Below, one piece after another: positions 1-9,353 of a stretch of DNA of 64,000 nt. Under the pieces are notes generated by a model that saw only the letters and a list, made by a program, of their open reading frames with translations, ran no database searches and was not told the origin of the DNA. Position 1 is the first letter of the stretch; each line of letters starts with the position of its first letter. Location: NCBI GenBank assembly GCA_902760755.1, contig CACWHK010000004.1:12666-76665 (forward strand). The letters are read 5' to 3'. The position numbers and the translations under genes are program-made. Source of the stretch: an uncultured Lachnospiraceae bacterium. Lineage in GTDB: Bacteria; Bacillota; Clostridia; Lachnospirales; Lachnospiraceae.

Positions 1-439
1 TTACGGGCACGGATACGTGCGGGGGCTCTGCGGGAGCCCGGAGGTCCTCCACGTCTGCCGGATCCCGGTCCTCGGAATCCTCCGGCTGAACCACCCGGAG
101 ATAGTCGATGATCCGCGGAACATTTCCGGGACGCTCCGGATTCTTCGGCTGATTAAAGGTAAGGCTGACGGGCTGCCGGTGCTCGTCGAACTGGCAGTTT
201 AAAAGCCCCTTCGCGATCCAGTAATCTATGGCGCGGGTCACGTCCTTTTCCATGCAGTTTAAATGATCTGCGATCTCCGAAAAAGAAGAGATCTGCCGGT
301 TGCTCTGCTGCAGGCGCAGAAGATACAGATAGACCTTTACGAAGTCTCCGTTTGCCTCCGGCATGTAGTAATCTATAAATATATTCGAAAGGATGGAGCT
401 GCCTGTTGCCGCATCCGATGAAAGACTGATTATTCCCAT
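1..439 (-). CDS. dnaD: DnaD-domain replication protein (5' part; runs off window start)
   Basis: Not in the ORF track. ATG at 439 after a GAAAGGA RBS. Translates MGIISLSSDAATGSSILSNIFIDYYMPEANGDFVKVYLYLLRLQ...EKDVTRAIDYW, typical of the clostridial DnaD N-terminus. Confidence 0.8.
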   Translation of the reverse strand, partial: MGIISLSSDAATGSSILSNIFIDYYMPEANGDFVKVYLYLLRLQQSNRQISSFSEIADHLNCMEKDVTRAIDYWIAKGLLNCQFDEHRQPVSLTFNQPKNPERPGNVPRIIDYLRVVQPEDSEDRDPADVEDLRAPAEPPHVSVPV

Positions 440-659
440 AAGTTGTACCAAATTCCTTTCCGCGACACATTATAACATAAAGCAAGAGAATTGCAACTCA
501 GCCCGCGCCGCAGGTTGGCTTGTGGAAAATGTGGATAATTTGGTTTACAGGGGTGTTATTGCACGGAAAATCGTACATTTTGAACCCGGGTTCCATGGGT
601 TACAATCAAAAACAATCCGCAGCGGGGGCTGCGGATTATTTTGTGGGAAATGTTGATAA

Positions 660-2078
660 CTACTGTCGAAGCAGGCTTTCCCCAATAGTATAGATGGGTC
701 CGGAGCCCTGAGTTATCAACAGATCGTTGTTTTTACAATGTTCAAGAATATATTTTTCAATCGTAGCAAAATCGCCTAAATAAAGAGAATCGCTGCCCAG
801 TTTCAGAACACGATCGACGATATCCTGTGCAGAAACCGTGCCATCATCTGCTTCACGATCATCGCGGATATCCGCAACGAGAGAGTGGTCAGCCAGGGCC
901 AGAGCAGCTGCAAATTCATCCAGATGATCCTTGGTGCGGGAGTGGGTATGGGACTGGAATGCCACCCAGAGCTCGCCGCGCTCCTCGGGAGCACGCTGGT
1001 TCAGAACCTCACGTGCGGCGCGGACGGTTACCTCCACCTCTGTGGGGTGATGGCCGTAATCATCAATGATGGTAACACCCTGTTTCGTGGTTCCCTTATA
1101 TTCGAACCGGCGCTTCGCGCTGGGGCAGCTGCGAAGGCCTTCCTTGATATCATTCATGTCAAGACCCAGGAAATCTCCGGCTGCGATGGCGGAGAGAGAG
1201 TTCCACACATGATGCTCGCCCACAACGGAAAGAACCACATCCCCCAGCTCCTCACCGTTCCGTACCAGGGTGTAGGTGGGGTGGATCGCAGAGTCCAGAC
1301 GGATATTCACGGCACGATAATCATTTGCCTCGCCGGTACCGTAGGTGATCACGCGGATGTCGCGGTCAGCCACGGCAGCCCTGATCGCCTCCAGATAGGG
1401 CATATCTCCGTTTACCACGAGGGCTCCGCCGTCCTTGGTCTTCCGGGCAAACTCGCCGAAGGACTTTACGATATTCTCCATATTGTGGAAGAAGTCCAGA
1501 TGGTCATTGTCGATGTTCAGGATGATGCTTACCCACGGATTCATTTCATGGTAGCTGTTGGTGTACTCGCAGGCCTCTGCCACGAAGTAGTCGGAGTGTC
1601 CGATCCGGATATTTCCGCCGATCAGGTCCAGGTCTCCGCCTATGGTGATGGAGGGATCCTTATCTGCCTTCATCAGGATATGGGATACCATGGCAGTAGT
1701 GGTGGTCTTGCCGTGGGTTCCTGCCACAGCCACGCCGTACTTGTAGTTATCCATCAGCTGGCCCAGGAACTGAGCACGGGAGAGCACCGGGATATCGTGG
1801 GCCAGTGCGTAGGTATATTCCGGGTTATCCATGAAGATGGCTGCGGTGTAGACCACGAACTCGATGTCCGGATTGTTCACCATATTCTCCTCGGAATGCT
1901 CCGGATACACCGGGATTCCCTGCTTCCGAAGGTTGTCGCAATATTTGGAAGGCACCGTGTCAGAACCGGTCACCGTGAATCCCTCCTCATGCAGGAGTCG
2001 TGCCAGACCGCTCATGCTGGTCCCGCCGATCCCGATAAAATGTGCATGACAGGGCTTCTTAAAATCTACTTTATACAT
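660..2078 (-). CDS. murC: UDP-N-acetylmuramate--L-alanine ligase
   Basis: HFIGIGGTSMSGLA, GTHGKTTTT, EACEY, DHLDFF and DDYGHHPTE motifs. Confidence 0.96.
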   Translation of the reverse strand: MYKVDFKKPCHAHFIGIGGTSMSGLARLLHEEGFTVTGSDTVPSKYCDNLRKQGIPVYPEHSEENMVNNPDIEFVVYTAAIFMDNPEYTYALAHDIPVLSRAQFLGQLMDNYKYGVAVAGTHGKTTTTAMVSHILMKADKDPSITIGGDLDLIGGNIRIGHSDYFVAEACEYTNSYHEMNPWVSIILNIDNDHLDFFHNMENIVKSFGEFARKTKDGGALVVNGDMPYLEAIRAAVADRDIRVITYGTGEANDYRAVNIRLDSAIHPTYTLVRNGEELGDVVLSVVGEHHVWNSLSAIAAGDFLGLDMNDIKEGLRSCPSAKRRFEYKGTTKQGVTIIDDYGHHPTEVEVTVRAAREVLNQRAPEERGELWVAFQSHTHSRTKDHLDEFAAALALADHSLVADIRDDREADDGTVSAQDIVDRVLKLGSDSLYLGDFATIEKYILEHCKNNDLLITQGSGPIYTIGESLLRQ

Positions 2079-2252
2079 GGTCGTTCCCTCTTTCTTTTCT
2101 GTCCTATGGCAGCCGACGGACGGGCTTCCCTGACCGGGAATCCGCGGTGTCCCATCGGATGCTTACCTTGAATATAATATCACGCATAAGAAAATGAGGC
2201 AAGGGACACTATAAAGTGAAGAAACCCCTTTCAAACACCGAAAAGAATTATC

Positions 2253-2280
2253 TTGACATTCTACATTAAGAAAGTAAAAT
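2253..2280 (+). promoter_or_regulatory. sigma-A promoter of ilvE
   Basis: TTGACA (2253-2258), 16 nt, TAAAAT (2275-2280). Confidence 0.55.
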
Positions 2281-2367
2281 ATTAAGTATCATTTCATTAA
2301 CAAAAAAAAGAGTGCAAGGATATCCCGAAGGAACAAAAAAATCTTTGCACAGAATGGAGATGGAACT

Positions 2368-3390
2368 ATGGAGAAAAAGGATATTGACTGGGGAAGCCTT
2401 GGATTCGGTTATGTTGAGACCGATAAGAGCTACGTATCAACCTATAAGAACGGCGCATGGGATGACGGCGTGCTGACATCGGAGCACACGGTTACCATGA
2501 GCGAGTGTGCGTGCGTTCTGCAGTATGCCCAGACCTGCTTCGAGGGACTGAAGGCCTACACCACAGAGGATGGCCGGATCGTAACCTTCCGCCCGGACCT
2601 TAACGCAGAGCGTATGATTGACACCGCAAAGCGTCTGGAGATGCCCCCGTTCCCGAAGGAGCGGTTTATCGACGCGGTTCGTCAGGTTGTAAAAGGAAAT
2701 GAAGCATGGGTACCGCCCTATGGTTCCGGTGCAACCCTGTATATCCGTCCGTTCATGTTCGGTATCAATGCCGTAATCGGTGTTAAGCCGGCTGACGAGT
2801 ATATGTTCCGTTGCTTCGCAACACCGGTTGGTCCTTACTTCAAGGGCGGCGCTAAGCCCATCACCATCCGCGTCAGCGACTTCGACCGAGCAGCACCGCA
2901 CGGAACCGGCCACATCAAGGCAGGCCTTAACTATGCCATGAGCCTGCATGCCATCGTGGATGCGCATAAGAACGGTTTTGACGAAAATGTATATCTGGAC
3001 CCGGCATCCCGTACCAAGATCGAGGAGACCGGTGGTGCAAACGTAATCTTCATCAAGGGCAACAAGTTCGTTACCCCGAAGTCCGGAAGCATCCTTCCGT
3101 CCGTAACCCGTCGTTCCCTCGAGGTTGTTGCGAAGGAATATCTGGGTATGGAAGTAGAGGAGAGAGAAGTTTTCCTGGACGAGGTACCGTCCTTTGAGGA
3201 GTGCGGCCTCTGCGGAACCGCAGCGGTTATCTCTCCGGTAGGCAAGATCGTTGACCATGGCCGTGAGATCTGCTTCCCTGCAGGCATGGAGGAAATGGGC
3301 CCGACCACGAAGAAGCTGTACGAGACCCTGACCGGCATCCAGATGGGCCGGATCCAGGCGCCGGAAGGCTGGATCTACGAGATTGCGTAG
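2368..3390 (+). CDS. ilvE: Branched-chain amino acid aminotransferase
   Basis: LQYAQTCFEGLKAY, FRPDLNAERM, KAGLNY (PLP Lys), EETGGAN, ILPSVTR, GTAAVISP. Confidence 0.95.
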   Translation: MEKKDIDWGSLGFGYVETDKSYVSTYKNGAWDDGVLTSEHTVTMSECACVLQYAQTCFEGLKAYTTEDGRIVTFRPDLNAERMIDTAKRLEMPPFPKERFIDAVRQVVKGNEAWVPPYGSGATLYIRPFMFGINAVIGVKPADEYMFRCFATPVGPYFKGGAKPITIRVSDFDRAAPHGTGHIKAGLNYAMSLHAIVDAHKNGFDENVYLDPASRTKIEETGGANVIFIKGNKFVTPKSGSILPSVTRRSLEVVAKEYLGMEVEEREVFLDEVPSFEECGLCGTAAVISPVGKIVDHGREICFPAGMEEMGPTTKKLYETLTGIQMGRIQAPEGWIYEIA

Positions 3391-3430
3391 TTAATTGCCG
3401 TAGGGTGAGCGAAAAGGGTGCCTGTCACAA

Positions 3431-3504
3431 CGAAAAGGTGCCTGTCACCGTGACGAAACTGTGAAAGCTTTCACAATTTCGTCACGGTGACAGGCACCTT
3501 TTCG
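3431..3504. repeat. 74-bp near-perfect palindrome (REP-like) between convergent genes; probable bidirectional terminator
   Basis: CGAAAAGGTGCCTGTCACCGTGACGAAA-C-TGTGAAAGCTTTCACA-A-TTTCGTCACGGTGACAGGCACCTTTTCG has a single mismatch; an extra partial arm lies at 3411-3428. Confidence 0.85.
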
Positions 3505-3522
3505 GCGACGACACCCTCGCCA

Positions 3523-4125
3523 TCATTCCATAAACGCCGTTGCAACCTTCTGAAGTCCCATATCCTCGGCATATGCGTAGAAGGCTTCCAGATCCCGGCC
3601 CTTATACTTCTTGTAGGATGCGATGATCTGATCGAAGAGCGCTGGATCCATATCGCTCCGAAGGCGGATACAATCCACTACGGAACGGTCAATACTGAAG
3701 ACCTTCACCGGTCCTGCCGGTGTATCGACGGTCCGGACGAATTCCCCGATGCTTCGCTCTGCGAAGTAATGACGGTGGAACTTGAAGTTCATCCGCATGC
3801 GGGACCGGTCGGTCCGGGAGGTAGCCAGCCGGATCTCTGCCGGTTCCTTCTTCAGGAAGCCCTGAAGGAAGAGAGCGCTTTCCATACAGATCACTGCATT
3901 CGGATTCGTCATCTGCAGCTCATAGTACTTATAGTATTTCGGCTTCTTTCTGTGATCCGCCTTCCACCAGTAGATTCCGTGGGTGACGTGCTCCAGGCTG
4001 CCGTCATCGATCAGCTGCCGAAGCTGAAGAGTTGTGATCCCTGCGGAAAGAAGATCTGTAGTGCGAAGATATCCGTTCCCGTTCTGGAACAGAGCCCTTG
4101 TTTTGTCGTAGGTTTTCTGCAACAT
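3523..4125 (-). CDS. Type IV TA system AbiEi-family antitoxin / transcriptional regulator
   Basis: N-terminal wHTH (LRTTDLLSAGI...LEHVTHGIY), then ICMESAL and FSIDRSVVDCIR motifs typical of AbiEi. Confidence 0.75.
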   Translation of the reverse strand: MLQKTYDKTRALFQNGNGYLRTTDLLSAGITTLQLRQLIDDGSLEHVTHGIYWWKADHRKKPKYYKYYELQMTNPNAVICMESALFLQGFLKKEPAEIRLATSRTDRSRMRMNFKFHRHYFAERSIGEFVRTVDTPAGPVKVFSIDRSVVDCIRLRSDMDPALFDQIIASYKKYKGRDLEAFYAYAEDMGLQKVATAFME

Positions 4126-4438
4126 ATGAAGTCCTCCGTTGTGTCATGTCCGCGGGGGGCCGCAGAGCATCTCCAAACATGTTCATGAAAATTGTTGAAT
4201 GTAGAGTATCTTATTGTGTGTAAAAAAACAAGAGCGTTTGACACATAATATGTCATTATGACAAATTGACATGGAGCGGGAGGTTGCCTCGATGGCAAAC
4301 TCTGCGTAACAGGCGTAATAATAGGGTTTCTGTCCCTGGAATGTGTCCATGTATATATAAAGAAGTTTTTGGAGTGTGTGTCACTATATTTAAGTAGGCT
4401 TTTGTGGTGTGTATCACTATGTATAAGGAGAGAAGCGG

Positions 4439-5170
4439 ATGCAGCTACGACTTGACAAACTCTTAGCCGACGCGGGTTTTGGAACAAGAAGCACTGTCCG
4501 GACCCTCATTCGAAGCGGGTCCGTCATGATCGACGGAACGATCGTTAAATCCCCGGAGACGAAGGTTGACATAACATCGACGTCCCCGGAAGGGAAAGCA
4601 TCTGTCGTTACGGTGAACGGAGCACCCGTGTTCTTTGAACCCGTTTCCTATTATTTATTGTACAAACCCGCGGGTGTCGTATCCGCAACCACAGACCCCC
4701 GGGAGAAAACCGTGATCGACCTGATCCCGGAGCCCAGACGCAGGGACCTCTTTCCCGTGGGACGCCTAGACAAGGACACCACAGGACTTTTGCTCATCAC
4801 AAATGACGGCAAGCTGTCCAATCGCCTCCTTGCCCCCGGCAGGCATGTCCCCAAAACCTACCGCGCCCTTGTAACGGGAACCCTCCCCGAAGATGTCATT
4901 CCCCGCTTCCTGGCCGGCCTTGACATCGGAGACGAGAAACCCACCGCCCCCGCCAACCTTCAAATCCTGGAATCCACCCCCGAAGGAACCATGACTGAAC
5001 TGACCATCACCGAAGGACGCTACCACCAGGTCAAGCGCATGTTCGAAGCCGTCGGCTGCCAGGTGATCTTACTGAAGAGGGTATCCATGGGCGGACTCAT
5101 TCTTCCCGATGACATGAAACCGGGCGACGTACGCAAGCTGTCGATTGAGGAGCTTACCGGATTACTTTGA
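4439..5170 (+). CDS. rsuA: RsuA-family rRNA pseudouridine synthase
   Basis: S4 domain (RLDKLLA), KPAG, GRLDKDTTGLLL catalytic Asp, EGRYHQVKRMF. Confidence 0.9.
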   Translation: MQLRLDKLLADAGFGTRSTVRTLIRSGSVMIDGTIVKSPETKVDITSTSPEGKASVVTVNGAPVFFEPVSYYLLYKPAGVVSATTDPREKTVIDLIPEPRRRDLFPVGRLDKDTTGLLLITNDGKLSNRLLAPGRHVPKTYRALVTGTLPEDVIPRFLAGLDIGDEKPTAPANLQILESTPEGTMTELTITEGRYHQVKRMFEAVGCQVILLKRVSMGGLILPDDMKPGDVRKLSIEELTGLL

Positions 5171-5391
5171 CCATCAGAGGCGTGAGCCGGTCCTCAAAAA
5201 AGCATGGCTGGCGAAGGACACAGCGCCGACTCTGAATCTGCATATATATAATTAAAGAAAAACACCTTGACTTTTTGGCGGGCCTATGGTACATTATCAC
5301 GTGCCGGCCAAAGCGGCCTTTTTTTGGTGCGCCCACGCCCGGCAAAGGCTTTTAGTTGTTTTTAATCTGATAGAAATCGGAGGTGAGGCTC

Positions 5392-5541
5392 GTGCGCGTA
5401 AAGATTACACTTGCTTGTACAGAATGTAAGCAGAGAAATTACAATCTGACAAAAGAGAAGAAGAACCACCCGGAACGTATGGAAACAAAGAAGTACTGTC
5501 CGTTCTGCAAGGCACACACCATGCACAAGGAAACGAAGTAA
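5392..5541 (+). CDS. rpmG: 50S ribosomal protein L33 (Zn-ribbon form)
   Basis: Not in the ORF track. GTG start after GGAGGTG; [49 protein letters not shown]. Confidence 0.97.
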   Translation: MRVKITLACTECKQRNYNLTKEKKNHPERMETKKYCPFCKAHTMHKETK

Positions 5542-5656
5542 TAGGGTGATAGGGAGGTGCGGTCATGACGAAGTCATGACATATGAATCGCACCAACCGA
5601 CGTGCCGCCGAACGCAGTGAGGGGGCAATACATACGGTAGATAGGAAGGTGCAATT

Positions 5657-5863
5657 ATGTCTGAGAATAAAGAGAATACATCTCCTGCCCTGAAGAGAAG
5701 CTGGTTTCAGGGACTGAAGGTCGAGGCGAAGAAGATCACCTGGCCGGACAAGAAGCGTGTGGCTCGTGAGACCACAGCCGTTGTCATCTCTGCAGTGATC
5801 CTCGGAGCAATCACCCTGGGCATCGATTTCCTGATCGAATACGGACTCAGTTATATTTGGTAG
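5657..5863 (+). CDS. secE: Preprotein translocase subunit SecE
   Basis: EAKKITWP motif plus one TM helix; lies between rpmG and nusG. Confidence 0.93.
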   Translation: MSENKENTSPALKRSWFQGLKVEAKKITWPDKKRVARETTAVVISAVILGAITLGIDFLIEYGLSYIW

Positions 5864-5875
5864 GCAGGTGATCGG

Positions 5876-6586
5876 ATGGCAGAGATGAACGAAAAAAACA
5901 TCGAAGAAAACATCGACGAGACCGTCGAAACAGTAGCGCCCGATGCCGTTGACGTGGCTGCAGATGATACCGCAGAAGCGATCGGTGATAAGATCGAAGA
6001 TGCAGTAGAGGAAGCTGCGGAAGAGAGAAAGGACGTCGCTCCGGTATCTGCGAACATCAAGCAGGGCGGAGACAACGAACCGCACTGGTACGTGGTCCAC
6101 ACCTACTCCGGATATGAGAATAAGGTAAAGGCTGATATCGAGAAGACCATCGAGAATCGCCGCCTTCAGGAGCAGATGTTCGAAGTCATGGTTCCCGTTC
6201 AGGATGTCGTTGAGGTTAAGAACGGCACACGCCGCTCCGTACCGAAGAAAATGTTCCCGGGCTATGTCCTGGTACACATGATCAAGAACGACGTAACCTG
6301 GTATGTGGTACGGAACACCCGTGGTGTGACAGGCTTTGTCGGCCCCGGATCCGAACCCGTTCCGCTCACGGATCAGGAAATGAGAGTCCTCGGCGTTAAG
6401 ACCGACGACTTCGTGATCGACGTGGCGATCGGAGATTCCGTAAAGGTTATCTCCGGAGCCTGGGAAGGAACCATCGGTACGATCAAGCAGATCAATACGG
6501 GCAAGCAGTCCGTAACCATCGATATGGATATCTTCGGACGTTCCACAGATGTGGAGATCGGTCTGGGAGAGATCGTAAAGCTTTAA
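5876..6586 (+). CDS. nusG: Transcription termination/antitermination factor NusG with acidic N-terminal extension
   Basis: WYVVHTYSGYENKV, FPGYVLV, VRNTRGVTGFVG, C-terminal KOW domain. Confidence 0.96.
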   Translation: MAEMNEKNIEENIDETVETVAPDAVDVAADDTAEAIGDKIEDAVEEAAEERKDVAPVSANIKQGGDNEPHWYVVHTYSGYENKVKADIEKTIENRRLQEQMFEVMVPVQDVVEVKNGTRRSVPKKMFPGYVLVHMIKNDVTWYVVRNTRGVTGFVGPGSEPVPLTDQEMRVLGVKTDDFVIDVAIGDSVKVISGAWEGTIGTIKQINTGKQSVTIDMDIFGRSTDVEIGLGEIVKL

Positions 6587-6597
6587 GTTGTTAATTC

Positions 6598-6625
6598 GTG
6601 GAAGGGTAAAACCCGCTAATACCAC
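6598..6625 (+). promoter_or_regulatory. Putative ribosomal protein L1 autoregulatory site upstream of rplK
   Basis: GTGGAAGGGTAAAACCCGCTAATACCAC hairpin with an asymmetric internal loop, directly before the rplK RBS. Confidence 0.65.
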
Positions 6626-6643
6626 ATAAGGAGGTACGCTAAA

Positions 6644-7069
6644 ATGGCGAAGAAAGTAACAGGCTACATCAAATTACAGATCCCTGCAGGGAAGGCAACT
6701 CCGGCTCCCCCGGTAGGTCCTGCACTGGGTCAGCACGGTGTGAACATTGTTGAGTTCACAAAGCAGTTCAACGCAAGAACCGCTGACAAGGGTGATCTGA
6801 TCATCCCGGTTGTCATCACCGTGTATGCAGACAGAAGCTTCAGCTTCATCACCAAGACACCGCCGGCAGCAGTTCTGATCAAGAAGGCATGCAAGATCCA
6901 GAGTGGCTCCGGAGAACCGAACAAGAAGAAAGTCGCAAAGATCACCAAGGCACAGCTGAAGGAAATCGCTGAAGCAAAGATGCCGGATCTGAACGCCGCT
7001 TCCGTCGAGGCTGCTATGAGCATGATCGCCGGAACCGCACGTTCCATGGGTGTTGAAGTTATTGACTAA
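6644..7069 (+). CDS. rplK: 50S ribosomal protein L11
   Basis: [30 protein letters not shown]. Confidence 0.99.
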   Translation: MAKKVTGYIKLQIPAGKATPAPPVGPALGQHGVNIVEFTKQFNARTADKGDLIIPVVITVYADRSFSFITKTPPAAVLIKKACKIQSGSGEPNKKKVAKITKAQLKEIAEAKMPDLNAASVEAAMSMIAGTARSMGVEVID

Positions 7070-7086
7070 TGTCTGAATAAATATAG

Positions 7087-7120
7087 GTGGAAGGAGTTGA
7101 AGAAACTCCGATAATACCAC
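7087..7120 (+). promoter_or_regulatory. Second putative L1-binding site upstream of rplA
   Basis: GTGGAAGGAGTTGAAGAAACTCCGATAATACCAC has the same GTGGAAGG...CGNTAATACCAC frame as 6598-6625 and abuts the AGGAGG RBS. Confidence 0.6.
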
Positions 7121-7132
7121 AGGAGGAATATC

Positions 7133-7831
7133 ATGAAAAAAGGAAAAAGATATTTAGAAGTTGCAAAGCTTGTTGAGAAGAGCAAACTGTATGATCTCCC
7201 CGAGGCAGTTGCGATCCTGAAGAAGACCGCAAATGCAAAGTTTGATGAGACCGTAGAGGCTCACCTGAAGCTGGGTGTTGACGGACGTCACGCTGATCAG
7301 CAGGTACGTGGTGCGGTAGTACTTCCCCACGGAACAGGTAAGACCGTAAAGGTACTCGTATTCGCAAAGGGCGAGAAGGTAGATCAGGCACTGGCAGCCG
7401 GTGCTGACTATGCAGGCGGCGAGGAGCTGGTACCGAAGATCCAGAACGAAGGTTGGCTGGACTTTGACGTTGTTATCGCAACTCCCGATATGATGGGTGT
7501 TGTAGGACGTCTGGGTCGTGTCCTTGGACCGAAGGGCCTTATGCCGAACCCGAAGGCCGGAACCGTAACGATGGACGTTGTAAAGGCTATCGAAGAGGTT
7601 AAGGCTGGTAAGATCGAGTATCGTCTTGACAAGGCAAACATCATTCACGTTCCGGTAGGAAAGATCTCCTTTACCGAGGAGCAGATCGTAGACAACTACA
7701 AAGCCTTAATGTATGCAGTCGTAAAGGCTAAGCCGTCGGCAGCAAAGGGTCAGTACCTGAAGAGCGTAACGATTACCTCTACAATGGGTCCTGGAATCAG
7801 ACTGAATCCCATTCGCTTCACCGAGGGTTAA
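7133..7831 (+). CDS. rplA: 50S ribosomal protein L1
   Basis: [40 protein letters not shown]. Confidence 0.99.
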   Translation: MKKGKRYLEVAKLVEKSKLYDLPEAVAILKKTANAKFDETVEAHLKLGVDGRHADQQVRGAVVLPHGTGKTVKVLVFAKGEKVDQALAAGADYAGGEELVPKIQNEGWLDFDVVIATPDMMGVVGRLGRVLGPKGLMPNPKAGTVTMDVVKAIEEVKAGKIEYRLDKANIIHVPVGKISFTEEQIVDNYKALMYAVVKAKPSAAKGQYLKSVTITSTMGPGIRLNPIRFTEG

Positions 7832-7837
7832 GCCACG

Positions 7838-7878
7838 AAAAAGATATCCGGCATGGAAATGCCGGGTATTTTTTTATT
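7838..7878 (+). terminator. Intrinsic terminator after rplA
   Basis: ATATCCGGCAT-GGAA-ATGCCGGGTAT hairpin followed by a T tract. Confidence 0.85.
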
Positions 7879-7954
7879 GATTTTTATTGTATATTTTAGT
7901 AAACTATTCATAGATTATTTTGTCACATTTGACAAAGGAGAAGGGAGCGTTACT

Positions 7955-8209
7955 ATGGATAAACAACAACTCGAACAGGAATTTATATCCCTCGTGGGCG
8001 AAGTTATGCCCGAGCTTACGGATGTGGATCTGAAAGCAGACTTTGTGTCTGAATATGGGGTGAATTCAATATCCATCATCCGTCTTATTGTTGCAGTGGA
8101 AGAGAAGTTTGAAGTAAGCTTCACCGATTATGAGCTTGCACTTGAGGGTTATAAGTGCTTTGGGGATGTAGTGGCTCTGATCGAGAAGAAATTGGACGAT
8201 AAGGAATAA
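7955..8209 (+). CDS. Stand-alone acyl/peptidyl carrier protein
   Basis: 84 aa, acidic. YGVNSISIIRLIVAVEEKFEVSF is the phosphopantetheine-Ser motif (NS variant). ATG at 7955 follows AAGGAG/GGGAG. Confidence 0.85.
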   Translation: MDKQQLEQEFISLVGEVMPELTDVDLKADFVSEYGVNSISIIRLIVAVEEKFEVSFTDYELALEGYKCFGDVVALIEKKLDDKE

Positions 8210-8224
8210 AGGGGGAAGGAAGAC

Positions 8225-9292
8225 ATGGAGAACAAGAAAATCCTTGCAATTACAAAACCGATGATCACGTCCTGGCAGTGGCATGCGACCCTGTTCTCGA
8301 TCCTGTCAGATGACGAAAATGCAAAGCGCTGGATCTTCAGTAACTATATCCAGCTGCGCTGCTATAATATCCAGGAGATCTTTACGGGCGATGAGATGCT
8401 TCTTGCCGACATCATGCCGGGCAGCAGCTCCCTAAAGGAATGTCCGTACCTGATCACATCCCTCCTTACCAAGGAGCAGATTGAGAGCTATTGCGGAAAT
8501 ATCATTGATTTCATCATCAAGACCATCAACCTGAACGGTTATGTATACGGTGTCTTCGATGAGGCAAAGATTCTTTCCGACGTGGATGTGGAAGTGGATT
8601 ACAAGTTCCCTCACGAGCTCTTCATTTACGGCTATGACCTGGAGAAGGAAGTCTTCCATGTAGGCGACTTCACCTTCAAGGATCATTATTCAACCAATAC
8701 CGTATCCTTCAAGGACGTACAGCGCGGCTACGAGGATATCACAGCATCCGATGACCATATGTTCAAGGATGACTACAAGGGAACCCGCGGTCTCTTCGTA
8801 ATCCTGAAGAATACCGACACAACCTACTATGAGGTTGATACCACCCTGATCCGTGATACCCTTCGCGAGTACCTGAATTCCGAGGATACCAAGAACCATT
8901 TCCGTATGATGCGTAACCGTTTCGCAGACACCACCTTCGGTGTGGATGTATATGAGAGAGTTTACAAGCGCATCATGGAGCAGATGGAGCAGGAGGAGCC
9001 TGATTACGACATCCGTGCTCTGCATGTAATGTACGATCACAAGGTTCTGATGCTGGAGCGTATCAAGTACCTTATGGCCAACGGATTCCTCAACTATGAC
9101 GAGACGCTGATCAAGAACTACGAGCTGGTTGTAAAGAATATGCAGACCGCACGTAACCTGCTGATCAAGATCTCCATCAATGATGATGTACGTCAGGCAA
9201 CCAAGTTCAAGATGTACTTCGACATTGCGAAGGAGAAGGAAGTGTCTGTGCTGCTTGAGGTTCTTTCCAGACTGGACCAGAGAGCGAAATAG
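8225..9292 (+). CDS. Uncharacterised 355-aa protein, possibly a BtrH-like ACP-dependent acyltransferase (papain-like fold)
   Basis: Strong RBS and codon bias. HELFIYGYD resembles the His...Asp strand of papain-like/BtrH_N folds. Flanked by ACP and PPTase genes. Family call is tentative. Confidence 0.45.
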   Translation: MENKKILAITKPMITSWQWHATLFSILSDDENAKRWIFSNYIQLRCYNIQEIFTGDEMLLADIMPGSSSLKECPYLITSLLTKEQIESYCGNIIDFIIKTINLNGYVYGVFDEAKILSDVDVEVDYKFPHELFIYGYDLEKEVFHVGDFTFKDHYSTNTVSFKDVQRGYEDITASDDHMFKDDYKGTRGLFVILKNTDTTYYEVDTTLIRDTLREYLNSEDTKNHFRMMRNRFADTTFGVDVYERVYKRIMEQMEQEEPDYDIRALHVMYDHKVLMLERIKYLMANGFLNYDETLIKNYELVVKNMQTARNLLIKISINDDVRQATKFKMYFDIAKEKEVSVLLEVLSRLDQRAK

Positions 9293-9353
9293 AGGTTTTT
9301 TGCTGAGTGACGGAAGGGCGTGGAGACACGCCCTTCCTGTTATCTGAAAACGT

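Noticed and set aside
153-485. 110-aa minus-strand ORF in the track
   Set aside because: It overlaps the real DnaD-like frame starting at 439, which the track missed because it runs off the window
885-2171. Long antisense ORFs (e.g. 885-2171+, 5405-6625-, 18756-20195-, 29341-30852-, 47005-48513-, 51180-52331-)
   Set aside because: They are shadows of well-supported genes on the opposite strand, expected from codon bias, and show no recognisable motifs
2290-2367. T-box or attenuator before ilvE
   Set aside because: The leader is too short, with no T-box consensus or leader peptide; it has only one hairpin
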